Assembly: GCA_041640595.1 (NCBI GenBank)
Contig: JBEPZY010000002.1
Location: 532,651-596,650 of the forward strand
DNA: 64,000 bases
Direction of reading: 5' to 3'
DNA from: Gemmatales bacterium
Lineage (GTDB): Bacteria; Planctomycetota; Planctomycetia; Gemmatales; HRBIN36
The translations under genes and the position numbers were made by a program. The notes beneath the pieces were generated by a model that was not told where the DNA came from, searched no databases, and was given only the letters and a program-made list of their open reading frames with translations. Of this stretch, positions 19,860-31,337 are shown piece after piece (the first letter of the stretch is position 1; each line of letters starts with the position of its first letter).

Positions 19860-20399
19860 TCAATCCGGTCGGGCCGGTAACATGCCGGCGCAATTGAGAC
19901 CGAGACGTTCTTGCACACGCCGTTGCACGAGTGGTATCAGTTCCGCGGGCAAGAATCGGCTCAGATCGCCTCCAAAAGCTGCAATTTGCCGGATCAGCGA
20001 GCTACTCAGGTGCGAGTATTCTACTTTGGACATCAGGAACACCGTCTCGATTTCCGGGTCGAGCGTCTGGTTGGTCAGCGACATGCTGAATTCGTATTCC
20101 ATATCGCTGACGGTGCGCAGTCCGCGGAGCATGACGCCTGCCCCCAAAGACCGCACGAACCGTACTGCCAGGCCGTTGAACGACCGCACTTCAACATTGG
20201 CAAACCGGCGACAAACAATCTGCAACATTTCCATCCGCTCCTCGACGGAGAAAAAGGGGGTTTTTTCCGGATTGATGCCCACGCCGATAATCAGACGGCG
20301 AAAAATCCGGCTCCCCCGTTCGATAATGTCCAGGTGACCGAGATGCACGGGGTCGAAAGTACCGGTATAGACGGCCAGTTGCGGGTCTGCAGCAGGCAT
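19860..20399 (-). CDS. coaD: Pantetheine-phosphate adenylyltransferase
   Basis: YTGTFDPVHLGH, RGLRTVSD.EYE and SSSLIR. Confidence 0.97.
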   Translation of the reverse strand: MPAADPQLAVYTGTFDPVHLGHLDIIERGSRIFRRLIIGVGINPEKTPFFSVEERMEMLQIVCRRFANVEVRSFNGLAVRFVRSLGAGVMLRGLRTVSDMEYEFSMSLTNQTLDPEIETVFLMSKVEYSHLSSSLIRQIAAFGGDLSRFLPAELIPLVQRRVQERLGLNCAGMLPARPD

Positions 20400-20456
20400 G
20401 TGCGACTCCTGGGGCCCCGGAGCGATAGAGCGACACGAAAGCGGGCGTCGCTGGGG

Positions 20457-21596
20457 CTAGCCATCGTGGTGCTCGAGAAACTCGATCAGTCGGGTCAGTT
20501 CCTCTTCATTGTTGTAGCAATGGGGGCTGATGCGAAGCCGACCGGCGCGGTGATTGATAACGATTCCTTGCTGGCGTGCCAGTCGAACGAGCTGACGGGC
20601 CTGTTCCCGGCGTGGGACGACGGAGACGATACCGCTCTTTTCCGCAGGCAAGCGACTGCTGAAAATCTGCCAGCCCGCCTGGGCAAGCCTATCGCACAGC
20701 TCGTCGGTGAGGGCTTCGATGCGGTTCCAGATGCTGGCGATGCCCAGGCTCAGCAATAGCCGCAAACTGGCTCCGAATGCCAGCAGAATTCCTGCACTCA
20801 GGGTGCCGTTCTCCCAGCGCAATGCCGAGGGTTTCAGGCGAAAGTCCAGGGTGGTGAAATCCCAGTGCCGAACCACACTTTTCCAGCCAACGCTGACCGG
20901 ATACAGCAGGTCCAGGCATTCGGGGCGAACGTAGAAAATCCCGGCACCTACCGGGGCGAGCAACCATTTATGGCTCCCGGCCGCGAGAAAATCTATGGGA
21001 ATCTCCCGCACACTGAGCGGAATTGCCCCCAGTCCCTGAATGGCGTCCACAAAGACATGAATGCCCCGACTGTGGCAAAGGGAAACCAGATCGCCGAGCG
21101 GCACGCGGAAACCGGTAGCAAATTCCACAAAGCTGACCGCCAGCAGCCGCGTATGGCTATCCATCGCCTGACGTACATCGTCCAGCAAGACGCGCCCGGC
21201 TCGGCTGGGCACGAAACGCACTTCCACACCGCGAGCCGCCAGGTTTTGCCAGGGGTAAACGTTGGACGGATATTCATCGGCCGGCAGCACCACATTGTCG
21301 CCGGGTTTCCACGGGTAGCCTTCGGCAACGAAACCGATTCCCTCGGAAGTGTTTTTGATAAAAGCAATCCACTCGGGGGAAGTGTCGAGCAATTGCGCAG
21401 CCAGGGCGCGGATGTTTTCGATTTCTTTCTCCCATTCCGGTTCATGGACTTCGCCGTGATGAAGCACGTCGTCGGCCCAGGAGCACAAGGCAGCGTGGGC
21501 GGCCCGACTGATTGGCGAAACGGCAGCGTGATCGAAAAACGCCCAGTGCTGGGTAACCGGAAACTCCTGGCGCAGCTGTTGCCAATCAATGGACAT
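20457..21596 (-). CDS. Aminotransferase class V PLP enzyme (cysteine desulfurase/C-S lyase-like)
   Basis: FDHAA, NTSEG, VDAIQ, SHKWLL (PLP lysine) and LRISPHCYN. Confidence 0.88.
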   Translation of the reverse strand: MSIDWQQLRQEFPVTQHWAFFDHAAVSPISRAAHAALCSWADDVLHHGEVHEPEWEKEIENIRALAAQLLDTSPEWIAFIKNTSEGIGFVAEGYPWKPGDNVVLPADEYPSNVYPWQNLAARGVEVRFVPSRAGRVLLDDVRQAMDSHTRLLAVSFVEFATGFRVPLGDLVSLCHSRGIHVFVDAIQGLGAIPLSVREIPIDFLAAGSHKWLLAPVGAGIFYVRPECLDLLYPVSVGWKSVVRHWDFTTLDFRLKPSALRWENGTLSAGILLAFGASLRLLLSLGIASIWNRIEALTDELCDRLAQAGWQIFSSRLPAEKSGIVSVVPRREQARQLVRLARQQGIVINHRAGRLRISPHCYNNEEELTRLIEFLEHHDG

Positions 21597-21662
21597 GGAA
21601 GGGATCCCGGCGTGGCTGGCGAGACCGTCCGGCTATCTTAGTCGCCTGGAGAATCGGCGTGG

Positions 21663-22532
21663 CTAGTGGTCGGCATAGTAGGCTTCGACGGTCAGACCAG
21701 TGCGCTGGCGTACCAGTTCGGCGAGGCGATCTACTTCGGCGTCGCTCAAGGGTAAGGCTTGCGGCTCAGCCGGCGTGCGGGCGACGGTGTACACCTGCAC
21801 CAGACGAATTTGGCCACCCGATTCGACAACTTCGTTCAGGCGGTCGCAGTAGGCATTGATTTCCGCGTCCGAAGGTGCTTCCCCCTGCCAGCGCAAAAAC
21901 AGCGACTGGATAACAATGGGCCGCTGCTGGGCGGTGAGTTTCAAATTCGCCAGCACTCGCTCGAAAGGCACCTGGGTTCGCTCGATGAGATGAAAATAAG
22001 CAGGAGTGCCGGCATCGAGTTTCGCCCAGATTTCCCCCTGGTGGGCATCGAGAAGACGCAGAGCCTGTTGGACGCGCGGGCGGTGTAACAAAGTGGCATT
22101 GGTCAACACCAGGATTTTGATACCGTTGAGACCGTGAGCCTGTTTGAGCTCGCATACCAGCTGCACCGCTTCGAGGAATTCCTTAGCGGCGGTCGGCTCG
22201 CCATCGCCGCTGAAGGCAATGTCATTCCATCGCCGAAACGCTGCCGGTGTCGAGCAAAAACGCGGATGCTGGAAAATGGCACCGCTGGCTGCCAGTTCCA
22301 GCATCACTTCCAGTTCCTGGCGGAGGCGAGGCAAATCCACGCGCCGTACCACGGGGGGTGTTCGCCGATCCACCTGGCAGTAAACGCAATCGAAATTGCA
22401 GGCTTTGTCGGGATTGAGATTGATACCGATACTCAAACCGTGGCTGCGCCGCGAGATTACCGCATAAACGTAGCGGTTGCTTTCAAAATCGCGGCGATGA
22501 TCCTGAAACAATCGTGCCACTGCCACTTTCAT
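21663..22532 (-). CDS. Radical SAM protein
   Basis: CNFDCVYC cluster motif; FSGDGEPT. Confidence 0.9.
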   Translation of the reverse strand: MKVAVARLFQDHRRDFESNRYVYAVISRRSHGLSIGINLNPDKACNFDCVYCQVDRRTPPVVRRVDLPRLRQELEVMLELAASGAIFQHPRFCSTPAAFRRWNDIAFSGDGEPTAAKEFLEAVQLVCELKQAHGLNGIKILVLTNATLLHRPRVQQALRLLDAHQGEIWAKLDAGTPAYFHLIERTQVPFERVLANLKLTAQQRPIVIQSLFLRWQGEAPSDAEINAYCDRLNEVVESGGQIRLVQVYTVARTPAEPQALPLSDAEVDRLAELVRQRTGLTVEAYYADH

Positions 22533-22822
22533 GGAGAAGGTTCCAGCACTTCAATACGGGTGCGTTCGTCCACGACGATACTGCTCAGCTCGCCATTGTC
22601 CTTAATGAAGTGTATGGTGCGTGCGGAAACGATGTCATCCGGAGCCCGTTCGGTAGCCAGTCCGGTTACCAGCACCTGGGCTTCACGAAAAATGCCGGTT
22701 ACCGTTGTCGTCCAGCAATCGAGACCGACGCGAACGGTTTGAGTAATGCGAATACGTTGTCCGGGTCGGAGCTGGTGGTAGTCAGAGATGGGGACGGCTT
22801 TTTCGCGGGAGGTCGCGCTCAT
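22529..22822 (-). CDS. Small hypothetical protein
   Basis: Lies between ilvN and the radical SAM gene, with ATGA overlap to the latter; start chosen just after the ilvN stop. Confidence 0.65.
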   Translation of the reverse strand: MSATSREKAVPISDYHQLRPGQRIRITQTVRVGLDCWTTTVTGIFREAQVLVTGLATERAPDDIVSARTIHFIKDNGELSSIVVDERTRIEVLEPSP

Positions 22823-22830
22823 GGTGACGG

Positions 22831-23391
22831 TTACGCTGCTGAGGTGCTTTCGCTGCTGCACGATTCGTCTTCTTCCTGCCAGCTAGCCGCGGTCTTTTCA
22901 CCTCGGACTAAAGCGATGCGACCAGTGCGGGCCAGTTCCAGTATCCCGTAAGGCCGCATCAATTCGATAAACGCTTCCACTTTGGCTTCCGTGCCGCTAA
23001 TTTCGATCATCAGGGCACGATGGCTGATGTCCACGACCCGCCCGCGGAAGGTTTCGACGATCTGGAAGATTTCGTGGCGTCTTTCCGGCGGCGCCTGGAC
23101 TTTGATAAGCATCAAATCACGCTCGACGTAATTTTCCTTGCTGATGTCCAGCACCTTGACGACGGTGACCAGTTTTTCGAGTTGTTTGCGCACCTGCTCG
23201 AGGTTTGCGTCGGTTCCCATGACCACGAAAGTCATCCGCGAAAGGTTCGGGTTTTCGGTTTCGCCGACGGCCAGGCTATCAATGTTGAATCCGCGTGAGG
23301 CCAGCATCCCTGAAATATGGGCCAGCACGCCGGGCTGATTCATCACCAGCGCGGAAAGCACATGACGGCGAATCGGTTTGTCTTCGGCCAT
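22831..23391 (-). CDS. ilvN: Acetolactate synthase small (regulatory) subunit
   Basis: NQPGVL...RGFNIDSLAVG, KQLEKLV and ELARTG. Confidence 0.95.
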   Translation of the reverse strand: MAEDKPIRRHVLSALVMNQPGVLAHISGMLASRGFNIDSLAVGETENPNLSRMTFVVMGTDANLEQVRKQLEKLVTVVKVLDISKENYVERDLMLIKVQAPPERRHEIFQIVETFRGRVVDISHRALMIEISGTEAKVEAFIELMRPYGILELARTGRIALVRGEKTAASWQEEDESCSSESTSAA

Positions 23392-23688
23392 AGCTGTAGT
23401 TGCCTCGATGGCGGAAAGTTGTCTCGGCTCTTCTCGGCACGACCTCAGTCGCAACATTCAGGGAACTCCCTGGCAAATAATAGAATGCTTACCCGTCGGA
23501 TTCAATGGCGTTCTGGATCCTCGTGAACCGGGATTTCCAGCGAGCGGCCTACCGTGTACAATGGCAACACTTCGATCTGATCATCTGCTATTACCTATTT
23601 CCGGGTCGGCCGGTGGTACCGACCGACGGGCTGGCCAGGGCAAGTCCATCCCTGGCGGCAAGGCTCGAACCAACTGGGAACCCGACCT

Positions 23689-23931
23689 ATGCTCCTGGCT
23701 GCAGGTTTCTGGGCGGGACTATTGAATTTCCTGATCCTGCTGGTGAGCCTGTTTTTGATCCTGCTGGTGCTGATTCAGCGGGGTCGTGGCGGTGGTCTGA
23801 TCGGTGCACTGGGCGGAGCCGGGGGATACAGTCCCTTTGGTTCGCGGGCGGGCGAACCGATTACCCGTTTGACCATCGGCGTGGCTCTGGTCTGGATTGT
23901 GCTCATCATTCTGCAAATCAAGCTGCTTTGA
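23689..23931 (+). CDS. secG: Preprotein translocase subunit SecG
   Basis: TM-LIQRGRGGGL.GALGG...FG...TRLT-TM pattern. Confidence 0.9.
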   Translation: MLLAAGFWAGLLNFLILLVSLFLILLVLIQRGRGGGLIGALGGAGGYSPFGSRAGEPITRLTIGVALVWIVLIILQIKLL

Positions 23932-24025
23932 GAGCGGCGGTTGGCGAAACCAACGAGCCGTGCCCCAGTTGTGCCGCCGGGTGTAAGGACAGCTTCTTGC
24001 ACGGAGCACAGGAGGGATAGCTGCG

Positions 24026-24910
24026 GTGCTGGTGAGCATGACTGGTTTCGGGGCCGCCCGACACGACCAGGCCGGACTGAGTATCGCCGTCGAAATCCGT
24101 ACCCTGAACCATCGCTACTTCAAGCTGATTTTGCGGACTGCGGAACCGTACCAGCTCCTGGAACCGCAGATCGAACAGACGGTGCGCCAGACCGTCCGTC
24201 GCGGAACGGTGCTGGTGCAACTGGAGGTTTCCCGTCAACCGCGTGCCGAAGATTTTGTGCTCAACCGGATGGCACTGCTCGGCTATTATGAGCAATTGCG
24301 GCAGTGTTACCGCGAACTCAATCGTGCCGATGAACCGGAGCTGGAAGACCTTTTGCAATTGCCGGGCGTGGTGCAGAGTCCGCAAAGTCAGTTAGCTTCG
24401 CCGCATTCCGATTGGCCGATCATCGAGCCGGTGCTGCAACAGGCTCTGGCAGCATTGCAGCAGACCCGTTGCCGTGAAGGCGAGGCACTGATGCAGGAAC
24501 TGCGCCGGCTGGCATCGGCCATCCGCAACCAGGTGCAACGCATCCGCGAAGAATCTTCCGGCCTGGTGGAACGCTATCGGCAACGCCTGCAGGAGCGAGT
24601 GCAGCAACTCCTGGCTGACCAGGGTATTACCGTCCAGCCGGCCGACCTGCTTCGAGAAGTTGCCATCTTTGCCGAGCGTGTGGACATTGGGGAAGAAATC
24701 GTCCGCCTGGAAAGCCATCTCGATCAGTTCCTGCACACTCTGGAAGAGCCAGAAAGCTCCGGTCGCAAGCTCGATTTCCTCTGTCAGGAACTGGTCCGCG
24801 AAGCTAACACTATCGGTGCCAAGGCACAGGATGCCAGCATCGCTCAGGCAGTGGTCGAGATCAAAACGCTGGTCGAAAAGATTCGTGAACTGGTGCAAAA
24901 TATCGAATGA
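24026..24910 (+). CDS. yicC: YicC/YloC family endoribonuclease
   Basis: SMTGFG, EIRTLNHR, EEIVRL.SH, GRKLDF..QE..REANTIG and QNIE. Confidence 0.95.
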   Translation: MLVSMTGFGAARHDQAGLSIAVEIRTLNHRYFKLILRTAEPYQLLEPQIEQTVRQTVRRGTVLVQLEVSRQPRAEDFVLNRMALLGYYEQLRQCYRELNRADEPELEDLLQLPGVVQSPQSQLASPHSDWPIIEPVLQQALAALQQTRCREGEALMQELRRLASAIRNQVQRIREESSGLVERYRQRLQERVQQLLADQGITVQPADLLREVAIFAERVDIGEEIVRLESHLDQFLHTLEEPESSGRKLDFLCQELVREANTIGAKAQDASIAQAVVEIKTLVEKIRELVQNIE

Positions 24911-25494
24911 ATCCCACGGCAAGGCCTGGCCGACTGATTGTCCTTTCCGGGCCAAGCGGTAGCGGTAAATCCACAGTGATTGCCCGTGCCCTGGCAAGTG
25001 GTGATTTGCCGATCCGCCGGTCGGTTTCGGTTACCACACGACCGCCGCGTCCTGGCGAACAGGACGGCGTGGATTACTATTTCTGGACGCCCGAGCAATT
25101 TGACCAGGCATTACGGCAGGGTGAATTTCTCGAATGGGCCGAGATTCACGGTCACCGCTACGGCACACTCAAACGCGAGGTGGAGCGTCACCTCAACGAT
25201 GGTTACAGCGTATTATTAGAGATTGACGTTCAAGGTGCCCGACAGATTCGCCAGCTTTTCCCGGAGGCGGTGATGATATTTCTGCGGGCGCCGGACTTAG
25301 CAGACTATGAGCAACGCTTGCGGCAACGCGGTACGGAAGATGAGGCCAGTCTGCAACGCCGTCTCGCCGCGGCTTGTCAGGAACTGGCGGAGGCCCCGAA
25401 TTACCAGTACCAGCTGGTCAATCGCGACCTCGAGCAAACCGTCGCCGAATTCCGCGAGCTCCTGCGTAGCATCCTCGCTCAACCCGCGAAGTGA
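24907..25494 (+). CDS. gmk: Guanylate kinase
   Basis: GPSGSGKST, TTRPPRPGE.DG.DY.F and EIDVQGA. Confidence 0.97.
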   Translation: MNPTARPGRLIVLSGPSGSGKSTVIARALASGDLPIRRSVSVTTRPPRPGEQDGVDYYFWTPEQFDQALRQGEFLEWAEIHGHRYGTLKREVERHLNDGYSVLLEIDVQGARQIRQLFPEAVMIFLRAPDLADYEQRLRQRGTEDEASLQRRLAAACQELAEAPNYQYQLVNRDLEQTVAEFRELLRSILAQPAK

Positions 25495-25777
25495 TGCGGA
25501 AAACCTGCCCTATGGCGAGCAGAATGCCGAACCAGCGGAGAATCACTTTTCCCGTGCACTTGACACTGGCTATTAGAATAATTGCTTGCCGACACGTGGA
25601 ACTTGCTGCTTGCCTTCGCGGAAAAAGAAACGGTCTGCCTCTTTGTTTTTCCAATGACAGCAGCCAATAATGGCAATCGGCTGACAGCGGAGTGACTCCA
25701 GCAGCGTAAGAGAATCAGTTAGCAAGCCGGCTCGGACAAAACCTGCGGCCACACAAGGAATCGGAGGAGCGGACACG

Positions 25778-26065
25778 ATGATCGAAGACCTGAAAGAAGA
25801 GGAAATCGTGCGGCGTGTGGGTGGGCGATTTAAACTCGCCACCTTATTGCAAAAACGCATGTTGCAGTTGCTTTTCGGTGGGCGACCCCTGGTCGAGACC
25901 AAAACCAAAAACCTCGCCCAGATCGCCATCGAGGAAATCAAGCAGAACAAAATCTATCTCGACGTGACCGGCCAGGTACGCGAGGTGATCAATCCGCCCC
26001 CGTTTGAAGCCACGATTCGCAAAGCCATCCCCCGCGGCGAACACGTCCAGCCCGGCGAAGACTAA
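25778..26065 (+). CDS. rpoZ: RNA polymerase omega subunit
   Basis: GGRFKL..L.QKR and IAIEEI; follows gmk; RBS GGAGG. Confidence 0.88.
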   Translation: MIEDLKEEEIVRRVGGRFKLATLLQKRMLQLLFGGRPLVETKTKNLAQIAIEEIKQNKIYLDVTGQVREVINPPPFEATIRKAIPRGEHVQPGED

Positions 26066-26746
26066 TTGTTTCTCAGCGACCCGCGACGACCTACGCTCCT
26101 TGATCCGTCGGGGTGTCCGGCGGTTGGGTACCCGACCAATATCGTTTCAGTGATGGGCGAGATCGAACCATCCTGGATGCGGCCGGGTACCTGCCACGGT
26201 ATCCGTTGCCGGGGCGCTGGCGTTGTTTGTCGCGCGTGCGCCGAACCGGCTGAACGAAGATACCGACCACCACAGGCGACGCTGGTTGCGTTGACGTAGT
26301 GCGTTGCGCGTCTGCCTATCCGCGACTGCTCCTCGTACAGGATCGTAATTGGCTATGCGTACTCCCGAAGGTCGTCGTAAACCTGACCGTTGCGGCTAAC
26401 TACTCGTACAGGACCGCAAGTTGCAATGCGGTTTACGGGCCTACCGCTCTGGTTCGGTCTGGCGGGACAGGTTGCCGAAGGTGGGTCGTTGCACGTTGCT
26501 GTTCCGGTCTTTTTCACGGAAACTTACCCGGCGCAGGTGCACGGTGAGTTGGCTTGCTTGGCGAGTGCGCATACAACACGCCTGACCGGCAGGCCGGTCT
26601 GCTTCAGCAATCGCTTGGCGCGATGCGCCCCGGCATGCTCCGGCTGAGACTGGCGGGCACGGGCTTTCGTGCCGGAATTGGGGCATTCGGTCGTCCTTGC
26701 AGTAATGGGTGCTGCGAGCCTATTTTCTCGAACACAGGAGCCAGGC

Positions 26747-27946
26747 ATGACCCGAACGGTTAGCGAATTGCGTCCTTCACCACGTATCCTTATGGGGCCG
26801 GGACCGAGCGATGTTCATCCCCGTGTGTTGCGAGCGATGGCTACGCCTCTGGTGGGCCATCTTGACCCGGAGTTCCTGAGTTTGATGAACGAAACGCAGG
26901 AGTTGCTCCGCTACGTTTTCCAGACGCAGAACCAGCTTACCTTTGCCGTTTCCGGAACCGGCAGCGCAGGCATGGAAACCTGCGTCGTCAACCTGATTGA
27001 ACCAGGGGATCGAATGATTGTGTGCGTCAATGGCGTGTTCGGCCAGCGTATGGTGGATGTGGCACGGCGTGCCGGTGCCGAAGTTACGGTGCTCGAACGA
27101 CCGTGGGGAGATGTCTTTCCGCTCGACCAGATTCGTGAGGCTCTGCGGCAGGTGCGTCCCAAAGTGCTGGGGATCGTCCATGCGGAAACTTCCACCGGTG
27201 CGTGCCAGCCGATGGAGGGACTTGGTGCTCTTTGCCACGAGTTCGACACGCTGCTTCTGGTGGATACGGTTACTTCTCTGGGCGGTATTCCCGTCGAGGT
27301 GGATCGCTGGCAGGCGGATGCCGTCTATTCAGGCACGCAGAAATGCCTGAGTGCTCCTCCGGGGTTGGCACCGGTTACCTTTAGCCCGCGGGCAGTTGAA
27401 GTGATCCACCGCCGGCGTCAACCCGTCCAGAGCTGGTATCTGGACGTCACCATGGTGGAACGGTACTGGGGCCAGGAGCGGTTCTACCATCACACCGCCC
27501 CGATTACGATGATTTACTCGCTGCATGAAGCGTTGCGGCTGGTGCAGGAGGAGGGGCTGGAAAACCGGTTTGCCCGGCACCAACTGCACCACCGCGCGTT
27601 GAAAGCAGGGCTGACGGCTCTGGGAATTCGCTACGCCGCTGTCGAAGGTCATCAGCTGCCACAACTCAACGCGGTCTGGATTCCTGCCGGCGCGGACGAC
27701 GTGGCAACACGCAAAATGCTGCTGGAACGTTTCGGTATCGAAATCGGTGGCGGACTGGGAGAGTTCAAGGGTCGCGTCTGGCGAATCGGATTGATGGGCT
27801 ATTCCTGTCGTGCCAACAACGTGCTGTTGTTCCTGGCGGCACTGGAACAATGCCTGCTCGCCCAGGGTGTGCGGATCACCGAAGGAGCAGCCGTTGCCGC
27901 TGCCAATCGCGTTTACCTGGAATCCGCCCCGTCCTCATCGCGCTAA
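26747..27946 (+). CDS. Alanine-glyoxylate/serine-pyruvate aminotransferase family protein
   Basis: [38 protein letters not shown] and RIGLMG; RBS AGGAG before ATG 26747. Confidence 0.93.
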   Translation: MTRTVSELRPSPRILMGPGPSDVHPRVLRAMATPLVGHLDPEFLSLMNETQELLRYVFQTQNQLTFAVSGTGSAGMETCVVNLIEPGDRMIVCVNGVFGQRMVDVARRAGAEVTVLERPWGDVFPLDQIREALRQVRPKVLGIVHAETSTGACQPMEGLGALCHEFDTLLLVDTVTSLGGIPVEVDRWQADAVYSGTQKCLSAPPGLAPVTFSPRAVEVIHRRRQPVQSWYLDVTMVERYWGQERFYHHTAPITMIYSLHEALRLVQEEGLENRFARHQLHHRALKAGLTALGIRYAAVEGHQLPQLNAVWIPAGADDVATRKMLLERFGIEIGGGLGEFKGRVWRIGLMGYSCRANNVLLFLAALEQCLLAQGVRITEGAAVAAANRVYLESAPSSSR

Positions 27947-28188
27947 TAAACGCAGTAGCGCATGCGAGACGCAGTGCTCGCCTGCTCGGGCGTTCAAAAC
28001 TGCCGCGGACCTGCACCGCAACCCTTGCCCATAGTCGCGGCGAAACATTCCTGTAGAATACGGCTCTGTCGCAAACTGGTGCTGCTGGGTATCTCGAAGC
28101 CCAAACACCAGGCCAGTGCTCAGACGGGAGCACCACACGAGCGCTCAAACGGGCGGTGAATCGCCGGGAGTAAAAAGGAGGCAAAACC

Positions 28189-29640
28189 ATGTGGGAGCGG
28201 GGAACTCTGTCGCGGCGTGGCTTTCTGCAACGCACTGCCAGTGCTCTGATGGCAGCGGGTTTGCCAGGCTGGTACGCCCAGGAACTCGCTTATGCTCAGG
28301 AGAAACAACAAGCGGCTCGCCGACCTCAGGACGTGTTGCGATTCGGGATTGTCGGTGTGGGGAGTCCGGCCAGTCGGGGCTTGCAACTAATCAATGCTTC
28401 CCGACCCAGCGTGCAATCCGGACAGATCACGTATGTTCTCGGTTGCGACGTAGATGCACGGCATCGTCGCCGCGCAGTCGAGGTGGTGCGCCAGCAGGGA
28501 TTCAAGGAGTTCGACGCTCCTTACGGCGATTACCGCGAATTGCTGGCACGCAAGGATATTGATTGCGTGGTCATCGCCACGCCCGACCACTGGCATGCTC
28601 AGATTGCCATCGAGGCGATGAAAGCCGGCAAGGACGTTTATTGTGAAAAGCCGCTCACACTCACCGTCGAGGAAGCATTAGCCGTCGAAAAAGTGGCTAA
28701 AGACACCGGTCGCGTGTTGCAGACCGGAAGCCAGCAACGCACCGAATACGGCGGCATGTTCCGTCTGGCAGTGGAAGCGGTTCGCGCCGGGCGTATCGGT
28801 CGCGTGAAGCTGATCGAATGCCGAATCGGCGACAATCCCACCAGCGGACCGATCCCGGAAGCACCGGTACCGGAAGGGTTGGATTGGGATTTCTGGCTCG
28901 GCCCGACGCCTAAGGTTCCTTATCGCTACAAGGATGGCAAAACCAACTGCCACTACGAATTCCGCTGGTGGTACGAATACAGCGGCGGTAAGATGACCGA
29001 CTGGGGCGCCCATCACATTGATATCGCGCAATGGGCCCTCGATAAAGATGGTTCTGGCCCGGTACTGGTGGAGGTCTTGCAGGCGGATCCGCCTTACCCC
29101 GGCAACGACGGCTACAATTGCCATCCGCGTTTCAAGGTGCAGTACACTTACGAAGACGGTACCCGTGTCATCGCCATGAGTGGCGGCGGTACCACGGTCA
29201 AAGGGCTGGTCAATGCCCGCGGCGAATTACCCACCCGCTTCCAGAAAGGCAAGCCCGTCGGGAAAGTGGAAGCCATCAGCGGTAACGAGAATGGCGTACT
29301 GTTTGTCGGCGAGGAAGGGACGATTTTCGTCAGCCGCGGTTTGCTGGTAGCCAGCGACGCGAAAATCCTCTCCGAACCGATCAAACTCAAACAGGAACTG
29401 TATCCGGGTCGGCCGACCAATCACATGCAGAATTTTGTGGACTGTGTGCGGAATCGTCAGCAGCCGATTTGCAATGCCACCGTCGGTGCCAGTTCGGTCA
29501 TCGTTTGCCATATCGGTGTCATTGCACTGCGGACCGGCAAAAAACTTCGCTGGGATCCCAAGACCCACCGCTTTGACGATGCTCAGGCCAATGAGATGCT
29601 TTCCCGACCGCGGCGTGCTCCCTGGAAATTGCCGGTGTAA
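28189..29640 (+). CDS. Tat-exported Gfo/Idh/MocA oxidoreductase
   Basis: SRRGFL; ATPDHWH, YCEKP, GSQQR and DWGAHH. Confidence 0.92.
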   Translation: MWERGTLSRRGFLQRTASALMAAGLPGWYAQELAYAQEKQQAARRPQDVLRFGIVGVGSPASRGLQLINASRPSVQSGQITYVLGCDVDARHRRRAVEVVRQQGFKEFDAPYGDYRELLARKDIDCVVIATPDHWHAQIAIEAMKAGKDVYCEKPLTLTVEEALAVEKVAKDTGRVLQTGSQQRTEYGGMFRLAVEAVRAGRIGRVKLIECRIGDNPTSGPIPEAPVPEGLDWDFWLGPTPKVPYRYKDGKTNCHYEFRWWYEYSGGKMTDWGAHHIDIAQWALDKDGSGPVLVEVLQADPPYPGNDGYNCHPRFKVQYTYEDGTRVIAMSGGGTTVKGLVNARGELPTRFQKGKPVGKVEAISGNENGVLFVGEEGTIFVSRGLLVASDAKILSEPIKLKQELYPGRPTNHMQNFVDCVRNRQQPICNATVGASSVIVCHIGVIALRTGKKLRWDPKTHRFDDAQANEMLSRPRRAPWKLPV

Positions 29641-29746
29641 TCAGCTTCGGACTCCGGGTCGGTAAAGCGCTTGCTCTCCAACCGCAATCTTTGGGGGTGC
29701 AGGGGCCACCTCCACGATTGACTACTCAAACAACAGGGGGAAAACC

Positions 29747-30499
29747 ATGTGGGCCACGATGATTCTGGCTTTGGCAATGTCTGCACCGGCAGCGCAGACG
29801 GCTTCGGGGCCGGTGTATGAACTCCGCATCTATCACGCCGCTCCTGGCAAAATGGAGGCGCTGCTGGCACGCTTCCGCCAGCACACCACCAAACTGTTTG
29901 AAAAGCACGGCATGACCAATATCGGCTACTGGGTGCCGGTGGACAAGCAGGATGAGCGGCTGATCTACATCGTCGCTTTCCCCAGTGCCGAGGCGCGCGA
30001 AAAGGCATGGAAAGAGTTTAGTGCCGACCCCGAGTGGCAACGGGTTCGGGCGGAAACGGAAAAGGAAGGACGGCTGGTTACCAAGGTGGAATCGTACCTT
30101 ATGCAGGCTACCGACTATTCACCGGCCATTAAGCCGGATAAAAGCGGTGGGCGTATTTTTGAGTTGCGCATCTACACCGCCGAACCGGGTCGGCTGCAGG
30201 CTTTGCACGAACGCTTCCGCAACCACACCATGAAATTGTTTGCCAAGCACGGCATGGTCAATCTCGCCTACTGGGGTTTGCTGCCGGGCCAGAAAGAGGC
30301 CGATCGGAAGCTGATCTACATGCTGGCACATAAAAGCGTGGAGGCGGCCAAGGAGTCATTCGCGGCGTTTGGTAAAGACCCCGAGTGGCAGCGCGTCCGC
30401 AAGGAATCGGAGGAAAAAGCCGGTGGACCGCTGGTCGTGCCCAAGACCGGTGTGATTTCAATTTACCTGAAGCCCACCGATTTCTCGCCCTGGCAATAG
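29747..30499 (+). CDS. Secreted protein with two tandem NIPSNAP domains
   Basis: Two ELRIY...RF..HT.KLF.KHGM...DPEWQRVR...TD[YF]SP units. Confidence 0.88.
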   Translation: MWATMILALAMSAPAAQTASGPVYELRIYHAAPGKMEALLARFRQHTTKLFEKHGMTNIGYWVPVDKQDERLIYIVAFPSAEAREKAWKEFSADPEWQRVRAETEKEGRLVTKVESYLMQATDYSPAIKPDKSGGRIFELRIYTAEPGRLQALHERFRNHTMKLFAKHGMVNLAYWGLLPGQKEADRKLIYMLAHKSVEAAKESFAAFGKDPEWQRVRKESEEKAGGPLVVPKTGVISIYLKPTDFSPWQ

Positions 30500-30543
30500 T
30501 CGGCTCGCCAGTGCCATCATCGGGCAGGGAACGGGAGCGAACC

Positions 30544-31245
30544 ATGTTTCGCGCCGCCGTGCTGGTCAGTGCTTGCCTGCTGGCTTTTTTCACCGTCGGG
30601 GCAGGCCAGGATAAATCGTCTTTGCCAGAAGAAGGTTTGCCCATCAGTGCCGCGGAAAAGCAAGCCGTCGCTCGCTTGCAACAAGCCGGCGTGCTGGTGT
30701 TGCGGCTGGCAATGAACACCAACTGGCTCTACGCCGATTTCAGCCTCCGCCATCAACCCGTGCGAGACGAGGAACTTGCCTGGCTCCAGGAAATTCCCAA
30801 TCTCGTCGAACTCAACCTGGCCGGTACCAATGTCGGTGACAGCCAGATGGCACTGCTGGCGAAATTGCCCCATTTGCGCGTGCTCAAGTTGCAGAAAACC
30901 GCCGTTACCGATGCCGGGCTGAAATCATTAACGGCCCTGCGGCATTTGGAGGTGCTCAACCTGTATGGCACTCAGGTAACTGACCAGGGCCTTATGGAAC
31001 TGGCTCAGCTCAAGACCCTGCGGCGATTGTATGTCTGGGACACGAAGGTGACCGAAGCCGGGGCCAGGAAACTGCAGGCTGCTGTGCCCGGTCTGCACGT
31101 CGAATTGGGACTGGCGAAGGAGCCCGAGAAAACGCCGCCCACCGAATCCAAGCCGCCTGCTCCATCGGGAGCCAAACCGGCAGAACAGAAGCCGGTTATT
31201 AAACCCGCTAAACCGCCTGACAAGTCTCCGCAAAAGCCAGGGTAG
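30544..31245 (+). CDS. Secreted leucine-rich-repeat protein
   Basis: L..LNL.GT.VTD.GL repeats; signal peptide; Pro/Lys-rich tail. Confidence 0.85.
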   Translation: MFRAAVLVSACLLAFFTVGAGQDKSSLPEEGLPISAAEKQAVARLQQAGVLVLRLAMNTNWLYADFSLRHQPVRDEELAWLQEIPNLVELNLAGTNVGDSQMALLAKLPHLRVLKLQKTAVTDAGLKSLTALRHLEVLNLYGTQVTDQGLMELAQLKTLRRLYVWDTKVTEAGARKLQAAVPGLHVELGLAKEPEKTPPTESKPPAPSGAKPAEQKPVIKPAKPPDKSPQKPG

Positions 31246-31337
31246 CTTCTGGTTGCCTGAGAATCGCAGGTCGGCTGCAATTGCCCGGAGGCCGCCGTAT
31301 CCTGACGAACTTCCCCTTAGCGACGCAGGAAGCCGAG

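Noticed and set aside
26332..26422. Mini-CRISPR array
   Set aside because: Only two short imperfect units and no cas genes in the window.
29747..30499. Nucleotide repeats such as GACCCCGAGTGGCA
   Set aside because: Explained by the tandem NIPSNAP domain duplication.
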